From Phoronis australis (Eukaryota; Animalia; Phoronida), in the NCBI GenBank assembly GCA_002633005.1, contig NMRA01000388.1, positions 284,616-348,615 of the forward strand: a stretch of DNA of 64,000 bases. The letters run 5' to 3'. The translations under genes and the position numbers were made by a program. The notes beneath the pieces are model-generated. The model did not search any database. It saw only the letters and a list, made by a program, of their open reading frames with translations, and was not told where the DNA came from. Positions 1-12,600 of the stretch are shown piece by piece (position 1 is the first letter of the stretch; every line of letters begins with the position of its first letter).

Positions 1-486
1 GCGACTCGGGAAAAATCCCTCGAAATTGGCGATTTCCAAACTTTAAATTTAGTCCAAAGGTTTAATACAGTGGTTCACAGTTGTGCCACTTTTCATGAAA
101 TGAGAGCATTTGCCACCCTCAGCAATCAGCACACATCAAACAAGCACTTAAATTACGACAGTAAGTAAACAGATGGAATTATCGGCAAGGATCGTTCAAA
201 CACGTGTGTATCAAAGAATAGTGTATGGCACGAGGAATTGGGTTAGAGATGAACAGTGCATATTTTCACAGCGAGAAATTCGCGTAAGTTTCTGAGAAGT
301 GAGTACGGCACATACTTTTTTGTCGATGACTTCCATGTGAGTCTTGTCCACCTCAGATTTTGTTTGACGACCTAGGATTTTCGCCAAGACGCCAAATGCC
401 ACTTGTAAATAACAAGTTAGAAACAGAAATAAATATTATTGTGGTTCTGTCACTTTCCTATAAATAGCTGCACGAACAGCACTTAC

Positions 487-659
487 TGCATCTGCACTGG
501 CAGTGATAGAAATTGGATCAGAGAATGCTTTTCCACCCATTTGGAGAGAGACTGTACTTCCTGGTAGTTCACCTTCAGTCAAGACCTCGACAGACACAGA
601 GATAGAACCTTTCGATCCCGCAGCTTTTTCAGTTTCGTACGTGATCTTAGGTACCCTGC
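487..659 (-). CDS. PKHD1L1: PKHD1L1-like exon 16 (RVPKITYETEK...SDPISITASADA)
   Basis: tgtcaacag acceptor, GTAAGT donor, phase 1 to 0. Confidence 0.83.
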
Positions 660-3600
660 CTGTTGACATAAAGTATGGGATGTCGAGTTGAAAAAAATCA
701 GACATTGTGCATAGGAAGTGGAAAGCCTGACTGTGAATCAGTTGTTAGCAGTAAGCAATGTGATATATTGAATTCATGGTGATACAAAATGCTAGTTAGT
801 GGACAGCTGTTATTTACACTATGTACATGTTGCAAAAATGGCCTTATGAGTTACTGAGCTTTGACAGGTCATTTTTAATGCGCTTCAAAGCGCGTTCTGC
901 CAGTGGTGTAGACAATAACAAGAACATAATTCATGATTGCAGAAATGTAACAACTTTAAATTGGTGAAATTGATAAAACAAAAGAAAACTTAATATATAT
1001 GTATAGTATTATACTCTGGAAATGAAAGAAAATGGAAATCAACAGGTAGTGTTAGACAAGATTGATAAAAAACGTTTACTCCTGTTTTCTTTCAAAAGAA
1101 GTGTGATAGCATAATGTCATTATTGCAATGAAGACAAAAGAAATATTCGTACCACAAAAGGCAGCAAACGTAATGGTGAAGACGGCTTTTTCGTTGGATC
1201 CAGAGCGCTTGAGTGAAGACACAGCCAAGTCTAGAGGCAATCCATTGAGCTGCGCCTTCAATTCCGATTCACGTTTGTCCGAGGTGAACTTGGCTGAAAA
1301 ATTTCAAAGTGAGCCACTAAGTTTTGTTACACTGTTCCATTAAGAAACCTCCAATCAAGACACATTGTGTCAATTCCACCTTCCAAGGAAATGAAGATAT
1401 ACTAAATAAAATACTTGAAATTTATTTTGCTTTCATTTGATAGTGGTTGTGAAACAGGTCCAATAGCCAGCTATTGAAAAAAGGGAGGTTCCAAAATTTC
1501 CCATAGCCGGTCCTCAGTCACAAACTACAAACAATCCATTTCTGAATCAAAATTAAACCCGACAATCTCTCATTTTTCAATTTTCATTAAATTTTTAACC
1601 ACTTTTTTCCAAGAATACCCCAAAATCCCCAAGCTACACATCAACTTAACAGGAATCTCTTACCCAGCACACTCGTGTAATTCATTTACAGAATATCTTG
1701 GAAAAAAGGAGCAAGAAAACAGAATACACTTATGTTTCAGAAAAGTTTATCAATAAAAAGTGTCCTCATTTTGTCAAGGCTAAGAAAATGAAACCTGTCA
1801 GCATGTTGAAAAGTCACGTGCCAGCAATTACTGCGCAATTGGTCTGTCCCCACATAACAAAACCTTCAATGCAATACTTACCAGTGCACAGTCCGTAGAC
1901 GCAAAGCCGGAAAAAAGTGTTTGCTACATCGGTGGTCGTCACGGTGACCTTTTGAACACTACTCTTCCCTGACTGCGACTGGATGCCATCAAATACAACA
2001 GTCTGCGGAACAGTATTTCTATCAGTAAGGCTGATGTTACATTATTTTCATTACTAATTAATTCACTTCACATTTTCATTTTCATGATTAATGTGTAAAA
2101 TGGAAAATGGTCAAGATTCTTTTAATGCATTTATGAAAGATGGCATACTAGGCTTTCACAAACAATTTTAATTTTTGTGACTCCTGAAAGAAGAGAAAGT
2201 ACCATGGGACACTCGATATAAACTCTACAAGATATCAGCTAAATAAATTTAGTAGGTTAAGTTACGATATATGTGGCACAAAGAATTAAAACAATCGATT
2301 CAAAAAGTGCACCTGAACTTCCAGCTTTCGAGTTGATGTCACCTTCAGGGTCTGCTTCTCCTCGTACACGTCTTTTACTGTTTCGGACGTGTACTCGGGC
2401 AAGTCATAAAATGCAACAGCGACCGATACTCTCCCATAACTATATCCGTCCATGTGTGCCACGCTCATGTAATACCTGCACGAAATGTAACCAATCAGGA
2501 ACACGGGCAAAACTGGATCGTGGTAGATCATCATACGGACGCAGCAAGTGAAACCCGAATGGATGACTGACATAAGTTTGTGGGCAACCCGTTTCGAAAA
2601 TGAAACGGACACACATCTGGACCTAGGCGATAACGCAAGGGCAAATGTACATCATAATGAAAGAAATTAAGAACAAAAAGGTGTTTCTTAGTCATGCCTG
2701 CGAACTGGAATGGGTAAACTGAAGTAAATCGCGTGGAAAAGCACACAATTTTATGCGATAATACGTAAATTTTGACACAGGTATTGATGCAGGGCGAAGC
2801 TTCAAAATGAGGTGCAGTCCCACCAAAGGCCAGATGGTAGGCAAGTACTTACCCATAGAAACAAGGAGTGACATGTCTGAGTATACATCTTATCAAAATT
2901 GACTGACAGATTAGCAGGTTTTAACGAGCCCATTCACACAAAGACGTCTGACCCAACAGTCGCCATTTGACTACGTAAAAACGATGAATACCCATGACAT
3001 TCTCTTCCCCAAAAGTCGCGCCATTGAAATGCCGCCCTGTCACGGCATCATTCAGATGTGTCGGCAGATTTGAGAGTGGATCATCCAATGTCGATTTTTT
3101 TCAGCAGATGAGACGACAAAATCTGTTATTTGGTCAGAAGATACAACGCAAATATTCCATAACACGTCACAAAGCAATCTGCATTTACAGCGAACAAGGA
3201 TTGGTTTTGTCTCAAGTGATTTGTCCCAGCAGCATGGTAGCCTAATTGTTCGTGTTTCATCAAATTTGAACACTTGACCATACCTGTCTGAACCACTTTT
3301 TACAATACTATTCAATACGCATTCATACTAGCCATTTTCTGGGAAAACCACGTAGAGTCAAAACGCTTCAAGAAATATGGAAAGTTTGTGTAAGAATCGT
3401 ATAACAAGCGACATCCAAAGCAATCTGCATCTTTAAACCAAGATACAACAAGAATCGAACCAACTTAACATGCGGACTCAGGGTTCCACATGGACAAAAC
3501 TGACACTGTTGCACAAAATCTAGGAACATGATATAAGTGCACCCATGACTGGGCCGTAAATGGTAAGTAGTTGTCAGATCTGTTGATCCGTACTCAAGTC

Positions 3601-6600
3601 GGAAGGAATACATCCCGTTCTTTGGGGTTGAGATGTCATGAATGATTAATTTGGTGATGGAAACCAGCAACAAATAAAAGTTGTTTGATAAACATTAGTG
3701 TGGTAAGTAATGATGGTGATAATTTGTGCTTTACACGGTGGACAAGGAAGAAATGTATCTTAATAGGCTGGGGTGTGTTTTATCACACGACACTGCACTT
3801 TATGATCAACATAATTGTCCTGAATAATATATAAATGACATGAGCGTCGCAAGCTCTTTACCAGAGATGAAAAGGAGATCAATGGAGGCTATATAAGGTC
3901 ATTCATAACTGATGTAAAGTTGATAGAAAGCGTTTTCATAGTCTCTGATACAGATGGGGTAAAGTAACTCACTTACCCAAAGACTGTGTGCTTGCTGCCT
4001 CTGAGTAAGCGACTTACTATACCTTGATGTAAAATGAATGAAATTCATCAGGGGCCACGTTAATAATAGACAAATTACAGAAAGAAACGACAGTCATAGA
4101 AAGGACCAGGCTTTCGTAAAACGGGTCTCTGAGGTATAGACACATGCAACGCTGACGGCTTTACTGCAATTACTGCTACCACCTTACCTCTTGTTCTTCA
4201 CCAGTTGAAATACTTCAGACTTTTGCGACTCTTGAATATCGAAGTTCTTACAGTACCTTGTGGTATATGCAATCATTTTCTGAAATTACGAACAGCTCAC
4301 ACTTCAAGACTTATCTACACAGCTAGGGCACTCCTCGTCAAAAAATGAAAAAATTCTATCTTGTATTTTTGCTACAAATTGGCAGCAAGATTATTACAAG
4401 GAACGCAACCAAACTCGCTAGAGGACAATGCTTTCAGCATCAAAAAAGATAACTAAAACTAAATCTTGTCTTGAACATTCACCTGAAACTGGTTAATCCA
4501 TCTACTACAGCACACGGAGCATTCTTCAACGCAGCGCATCCAGTTTATGCGAATCTGGTGGGTTTCACGCGAGCAGTTTGGCCCCTACAGCTCAAACCAT
4601 TTTGCCCACTGAGCTTTAAAGCAGAGTCTAAACTTTCGATGGTTAACAGCGGCGAAAGAGCATCTTCTACCAGACCTCATGGTACTAAGACACAATATAA
4701 ACCTCGCTTGCAAATTCTGAGCAAGTCCAGCCAACACTTTCACCGCAATGCAAGATCATGAACACAGTTTAATTTATTCACAGAAGTATAACCAGTTTTG
4801 GAAATCGAATTTGAATATTTGCCTTGACAACAGAGATAGGTGCAATGAATCAAATGGACTTTGCACGTTAATGCATTCACCATTGAGAATTAAATTTATT
4901 TAATTGAATCTTTAACTCAAGCATGGACACTGTACCTCGTTACAAAATACTATAAACTGACGAAAGGACACCTGTCAGCAGGAAAACCAGGCTAAACTAT
5001 CACTGACAGCACTAGGCAATTGTGTGTGTGAACTCTCCAGTTCAAGCGAATAAGAAACTCTTGCAACACATTGTGTTCTACACCTGGATATAACTTTGAA
5101 AATGTGTTAGGCAGTACAGCTCGGCACGCCACATTAGATTCCTGAACTCTCAACATTTCCACTCACCTTGTGTTTCTCCGCTCCTTCCTTGCTGAAATAC
5201 AGCTGGACAATGTCATCACCTTTAATGTAGAATTTGTAACGCCCGGTGAAAGGTGCAACAAAGTAGGACTCTGTCAGCGTGCCGTAGTAATCACCATAGT
5301 TGAAGGGGCAAGCAAAGTCATCGGCCGTCGTCTCACACCAGTCCATCCCATCTGTCCAATTACTGAAGACGGCCGACGCAATTGGATAGAACGTGGTGTT
5401 GGCAAGTTTCTCAACACCAGTCCAACCCATAGACTGCTGCATCATGTAGATGGTGCTGCCACGGTTTCCTGAAAGAGATTGATAGAAAGTAATAATAAAA
5501 GTAAAGCTTGTATGAGTTGGACAAGCACACGTTGGATTTTCGCTTTGCTCCAGCAAACTTCAGTAGTTTTTCCACTTCGTGCATGCACTCGGCCTTTCAA
5601 AGAGTCTCATCGTGTAATACTCTGATGAAACTTACGATGTCTGTTGAATCTGACTGGTGCAAGCTTCACTGTAACATCCACATTCTTCTGTCTTGTATAC
5701 ATATAATAGTTATATTGACACATGTTCCATTGTCCATTTCTCACATAATAGGATGGTTACCACGAGATGACAGATATTGTGTCACATTAAAAATCCCACC
5801 ACCCGTGTGCATGGTGCTGTTTTGGTTACCAGCGCGCTCCACACAAATTTCTGAATATTTTTTTCACTTGTGCAAAATTACTAGGTCTCTTACAATATAC
5901 CCACAGTTGCTTGTAGCTCAGATATACCATGAATCATGAATTATTTCTTAACTGCCCTCATTCGTACTGGTTAAATTTTTTATTCAGTGATTGCCGATTT
6001 CAGTCTCTAATCACTATTCATAAACCAGACACCTGGACCATTCTGAATCTGTTGGCACTTTTGGTAAGGGACATTTTTAGAGAATTTAATTAGCAGTATC
6101 ACAGATTCGAACCCACAAACTCTTCAGAAGCAGCCAAACACTCTGTCATTGAGCCACATCCCACGTGTTAAGTAGCAGAGTATAATGTTGAAGCGTACTT
6201 CAATGTTACAGACATCGGCCTCGATTCCAGGGTATGTGTGGCAAACAACGTCGAGAACTGCCAGGTGACAATAAAATCACAAAAAACACCGGCCAAAGGT
6301 AAAAACTTCAGAAAGTTTACTCCACCAACGATGAAATAGGAATGCATTTTTCAGCAATGAAACTGATTATTTCCTTTCAAATGATGTCATTTGTTCAGCA
6401 ACTTATTGCCTGCCGATCTGTGATCCCTAAACAGATCACGTAACCAGCCTTACCTTGGTAAAATCCATCATAGTCACTGGCTGCAGGCTTTGGTCCCGTG
6501 ATACATTCCACTTTGGAAATATCGAATGACGTCACCTTACACGGCACGCCTAAAATGAAGCGTAGATCATGGATGTACAATGCAGTAACTATAAATAATT

Positions 6601-9600
6601 CCATAAAAGCTGCGATTCACGTGCAAAGTTGGTCAGAGATGTTTGCTCAGAAATTTCTCCAATTTCTAATGAGAAGAAACTGACAATTTTTTTAAAAGTG
6701 TAACTTTGTTCAATTGTTGAACATGTTTGTCAAAATGTGCACAACTTTCCATTGTCATAATCTCTTCTAGGAGATATTTGTGGTAATAAAAGAGGGAAAT
6801 GTAGCCTCGTCTTCAAATACATTAGCATTATTTTTGTCCAACTGCCTACTGGGTCTTAACTTTGACGACACCAGACAAATTTCACCCAAGTTCAATTACA
6901 ACCCTTCTCCTCCAACCACTAAACAAAAAATGTTCTTTAATTTAATAAATGTTGAAACTGAGCATTTGGCAGGAGCATAACGAAATGCATTAACAATAAC
7001 ATGTGAGAATCTAAATTGTCAACAAACCTTCAATTGATATCGCAATAGGACTGGTGTTTGTGTTGTCAAAGTTCCTGCCAACTACAGTGATCTTGGTCCC
7101 ACCCTGTGTACTGCCGACACTGGGGCTGACACTCACCACCTCTGTAACAGGAATCGGGTTAGTCACCACCCGTCAACATTAGCAAGAGTTAACAACATTC
7201 AAAAATGAAAAAGCGAGACATCTGGATATAGCCCATACTGCAATGTTCATCGTAACATGCAGAAACATTCCAATGACATTTTTTGTTAAGTCGTGCCCAT
7301 GAAATGCAATGGGAAAATAGGTGGTGCAAACTGAGGACAAAAATTCCAATAATATGCATATTTTGTGATGTTTGTCAAAATCTGAAACTTTTTAGTATTG
7401 TAGTGGGACCAATTAGCTTTCCGTTCAGCCAAAGCTACACACTAGAGAAAGCTTTATTTTCAACTTTGTTAAATTAGCATATAGGTCTCAGTATGGCGTA
7501 TAAATGTTTTCTTTAATGTTTTCTGTTTCTGTTTCTGTTGACAAAGGAAGTTATTACATCCGAAAATTTCAAATTTCAGTTGATCCATTCTTGTTGTTTT
7601 ATTTACCCGATTTATATTCTTTAATATATAACTTAAGTAGACTCAACCATATGTTTTTGTTTTGTAAGAGCTATACCATAGCTACCAAATACAATACGAA
7701 CATTTGTGGACATTGACAGAGGTAAGAGAAGAAAATTTAAAATACGAGAAACAAAAGTATGATCATCTCACCTGCGTACTGTTGGAACATTTCAATTTTT
7801 CCGATGGCGTTTATACGCAGTATGTTATCCCACGTTTCGCCAGATGCCTTGGAATAGGGGCCAGTGCGACCTCTACCACCTGATTCTATTAGAGAAATGT
7901 TCACGCCACCTGTTGGGAAAGTAGGATATTAAAAGCTGCATTTTGCCTTGTTTAGCTGTCAGAAAACAAAAAAATCAATTTACGCCTTTCATTCTCAAAG
8001 AAAGTCTCATAAATATTCCGTAACGTGTTAGAATTCCATTCCTGTTAACAACAAGAACATCAAAAACATCCCTAGAAAACGTTTCAGAGTTTATTGGGAT
8101 TGGTAAAAGTAAAATTGCGAAATCGAAAATGGCGCGTGTACGCATTGCATGTGACTTTAGTCGCAGACCACCAAGCACCAATTCAAGATAGGGATGGAAG
8201 TTGCCCCATATCAATTGGTGTCCAAAGTCATAAAGGCATTTCGGTGAGAACGTATCAGCTTAAAGTTGCTATCACATTATTACATATTCAACCTAAATGC
8301 AGCACTAATAGTCCATATTAAGCTAAAGACTATCTTAACAAACTACAGATTCAAGTGAACACAAATCCTGAGATACGGTTGTCTCAAGTATGACTGGTCA
8401 CATAACGCAGGCCCTGGATCATAATCATTTCAATGGTGTTGCCTTGTACTTATCTTTCTATTTTGCCTTCATAAAAAGTCATTAATTCACAGATTAACCC
8501 AAGTTAGGGTTCACAATATCCTCCCAGAAGCCAGCCTGGAATGCAACGTCCTATAGTTTTGACGAGTTGGTGTGCTTAGTTGGCAACTAGGCATGCCAGC
8601 CTGCTGTTAATCCCCTCTGGAAACTATGGTGGACAGCATCAAAACAGAACATCTGGAACATTTCCACCAGATGGCAGTACTGGCATCATTATGTTGGATG
8701 TTTACTGGATGAATGATGAAATTGTACCATCTACCTTCTCTTGTTTACCACAGTATAAATAAGGGAAGGCATAAACTCACCAATCTCATTGCCCATAACT
8801 TTGCAGTAAGCGTATCCCCAGTCAGAGTGTTCACTGTCCACCTTAAGGAGGTCAGCTTGGCTGAAAAAAGAAGGTGCACATAGTCAAAATTTGTAATGAC
8901 ATGAATCACGACAAATGGTCAGTGTCCAGCTCCAAAATCAGAGACAGTTCACCATGTTCCTATTGCGCTCACTCAAACGTAACAGGATTATATGTTCCTG
9001 GAAGCCAATTTGCCTGGTATCCAGTGGTACAGCCAGTTGGCCACCACATTATTACAACCCACCAAATGTTTACCTAGAGAAAGTGGATCAACTAAATAGG
9101 TTCCAGCATAATCAGCTGCCATCTGGGGGAAGATCTTGACTAACAGAGTTGAACTTTTCCGAGGAAACAAGGTCAAGAAGTCAAAGTTCAAGCCATTACA
9201 CAAACAAGAGCTAAAATTGTAGTTTTAAGTGAAAGTGAATGCAAGTTATTTTGGGCAGATTATGAAGTTACTACATTCATATTTCTGAGTCAATAATTCT
9301 CCATATTGATCCCCCATACTTTCAGATTGACTGCTACTATGGTAAGGCGATTTGAATTCTTCTTGAAAATTCCTTTGTGAAATAATGGAGAACTCATCAT
9401 AATTCGACCCGGGATCTCCTTGTTCGCAGCTTAATACTTTACCGCTGCGTTATAGAACTCAAAGGCCTTTAAAAGCCTGTTGATGAAATCCTATTTGACA
9501 GGTTGGAGGTGATAATGAAGACACCAGGTTCAAGACAATGGATTTATATTGAAAAATAAGTACCGAGAGAGCTATTTCATTCACAGGAATATATAACTAC

Positions 9601-12600
9601 GCTGCATAGTAATACGATACTACAACATCTCTCCTCTTAAGCAAAAAGGGTTGTAAAACAATAAACAAGTGTGTGTGTGTGTATGTGTGTGTGTGTGTGC
9701 GTGCGTGTGTGTGCAGTGGTCTGATGTCATTTGCACAGCATCAGACATGCGCTGGCCTCATGGTTGGGCCCCTGCACAAATCACCTGAGCTAAAAGCACG
9801 AGAGCCCTGTTATGGCTCCTCGTAAATCAAGTTTTCAAGTCTGCCCGTCTCCTTAACGAAATTGGACAGACTCTGGTTTAGCTGTTACTGGTCTATTGGG
9901 AGAATCCTCTGATGTCTTGTTTCATGTTGTGTGAGCAGGCTTGTCGTCCCTGAAATGGACATGGCATCGTGTTCCGCGGATGGTGTCTGTTATGACGAAG
10001 CCTAAAGTCCTTTGTCAGTATGTGAATTCTTCAGCTGGTCTGTTGTCATGAATCGTGTTGTCTTTACTTTGTCAGCATGTACTGTGATGAGTCTTGAGTT
10101 TCTCACTACAAGGTAGACCAACAACAGCTGGACCATGGACATCCAGAATATAGAATGCTGTGGGGTCGCATGTACAGTCACGGCGCTGTCTATCTATGTT
10201 GATATGTCCAAGACATAGGATAGTGCAACCACTGTAGGGATGAGTTTTATGCACTATGCACTATGCACTATGCACTATGCACTATGCACTATGCAGGATG
10301 CAGGATTTTGAGCACGTCTGAAGACTTGCCATCTGTCTGAAGGTACAAAGCAGTAATATGATGCCTGAAGCACAGGAATCTATCTTCAATCTCAGTGTGT
10401 GGCTCCATGGTCGAAGACTGCATATTGGGTGGTTTGATATTTAAGATGGCATGGCTTCATCTCGTGTCATGCTGTCTAGACATCTAGTGCTCAATGTGTA
10501 ACTGGATAAAATTCCTTTTGGTATGTCTCATCGTTGGTGTCTTCGATGGCATCGATGTTTTTGTGAGACTTCTTCTGCTGGTAAGAGTGGTGTGTCTGAT
10601 CAGACCTGGTTTGCGATTTTCTGCGTCGCCCGCGGGAAGAATGACGTCGCTGTTGCTGCTGTTTGTGTTTTTTTCAACCGCAACCTGCCCAGTGCCCCTT
10701 GCTTCTACATGACTACTGGACACTGCCTGGGCTTGTGGTTTAGCTCGCAGTTTGTGCAGGATCGCGATCAGGTTCAACTTCAGAGGTTCACTAGTAGTTC
10801 TTGTTAGAAAAATTATATTTTGGGGCCAATGAGAGTGCGCCGGTTATAAATTCGTCTGTGTTTTCACTTAGTTTTCCTGATACGGCTTGTACGCGGAAAT
10901 TGACTGACTTTCAGTTAACTCTCAAAAAATCCAAACTTTGGACCAAAGCAAAGCTCGGCAGATTAACTTTTGTCAGCGCCGGGTTTAATTGGCTGGCATT
11001 CAGCCGTTTCAAACCTTCATCTCTGATACCGCGGAGGATTTCACGGACTGTTTACCTGCGTCCTCTTTATAACCATCTTCTATGTACAGTGTCATTTCTT
11101 GTATAAATAACGTAAAGTTTTCACTTAGATCGTCGCCGTCCCAGGCCATGTTCGGTATGGAGGCCGCCATATTTGTTGTGATCCAGGGTCAAGGTCACAG
11201 GCCCAAATGTTCGAGACAGCACACTCGGATCTAATTTTAGATTGTTTGGGAAATTGCGCGAACTTCAGACAATACGAGAGACAAGGGCGCATTGTGTCGG
11301 TCCGTGTGTTAGTTAATTGTCCGCTCTATTCTCCTATCCTCGAACAGGGATAGTTCGTGGATAGGCTTACATTATAATTATAGGCCTAGTCCTTTTTTAG
11401 TACTTTTCTACATTTCCGCTGATAAGCTCCCCCGATGAAACACCAATCTGTGGGCGTTTATTTGGATTTTTCCGAATAAAGGTCCATGAGCGTTTATATG
11501 GTTTTACAATTTGTGTTGTCAAGTTTCCAGATAGTGGAGTGCTTATTCGGAAAATTTCCTTTTAAAAGCCTACTAAGCGCCAACTTTTAGCCACTAACTT
11601 AATTCCGGCACTGTGGAGTACATATCAATTATAAAAGCGAACAAAGTGTTGGCAAACTATATATTTATTAACTTAAAATCATAAAGCACAGTTACATGCA
11701 AAAAATAGCGCATATTTTCATAATAGCCGATGCTATGACTTTGCGTTTACACACGCTCCCCCGGCCCTTTCCGAACAACAAAAGGCAGCGGCTTTGGTTT
11801 ATAAGAAACGCCTGAAAATTTTCATTTTCCAAATACACGCCCATGGGCTCATCTATGGAAAATCTCGGTACGAAGCTGTGGTCAGCTGGTCAAGTTACAA
11901 GCAGGCAGGCGGGTTAATCACGAACAATGGCGCGTCCTCACACTTTCACAAGGTCGGCCCTGGGCGATCCGCAGGGATGATTGGATTTTTACCGCTGCCC
12001 CCATGAAGTAATATTTGACTATGCTACATAGTAAATACAATACTACAACAATTGATGTCATTCGGATTCTGACGTCACAAGCGTAAAAATTAAACCACCG
12101 AGAGAATGCAAACCTGCATCCGTCAACAGGATATCACAGTTCCCACCGTCACGTTTTGTACTGGTCTGCCTTCAAAGGCTACAGTGTCCATAGCCAACAC
12201 TCAGCTCAAATTCTTAACTTTCATCGTACGGAGCGCTGGTTTACCGGCCACTATGTCGTTCGTTAACTTCCGATACACCTCACTTTGCACAGGCTTTAGC
12301 GCGCTTGCAATCACAATTGACGCCCCATTGTTTTGCATTTAGTATGACCTCTGTATGTCCACAAAACATGATATCATTCGCAAAATAAAATCGATTGTTC
12401 CTTCGTCCAACCCGATCTAATCCTGGAAGTTTTTTCAAAAATTTTCCACGACGTTAAAGATTGACTCAACAAGTAATCAACATACGACCGAAAGCCCAAA
12501 CAGCCTCCTTTCATGATGTAATTCATAACAGAATGATAATGACTTTCATCGAGGTCATTGTGTTGGTATTTAGACCCAAAAATGGGATAATGGCCGAGGT

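Larger units (their letters stand above)
9478..12050 (-). mobile_element. Degenerate, internally deleted Gypsy-type LTR retrotransposon in a PKHD1L1-like intron
   Basis: 150-bp 3' LTR at 9478-9627 with TGTTG...CAACA ends, preceded by polypurine tract AAGAGGAGAGA (9628-9638). About 40 bp of a matching LTR start at 12011-12050. Gag-like MAASIPNMAWDGDDLSENFTLF...DEGLKRLNAS from ATG 11170 with stops, protease-like YSGCTILCLG...FYILDVHGPAVVGLPCSEKL (~10080-10240), integrase-tail-like LRHNRHHPR (~9975-10000). No RT seen and no TSD found. Confidence 0.72.
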
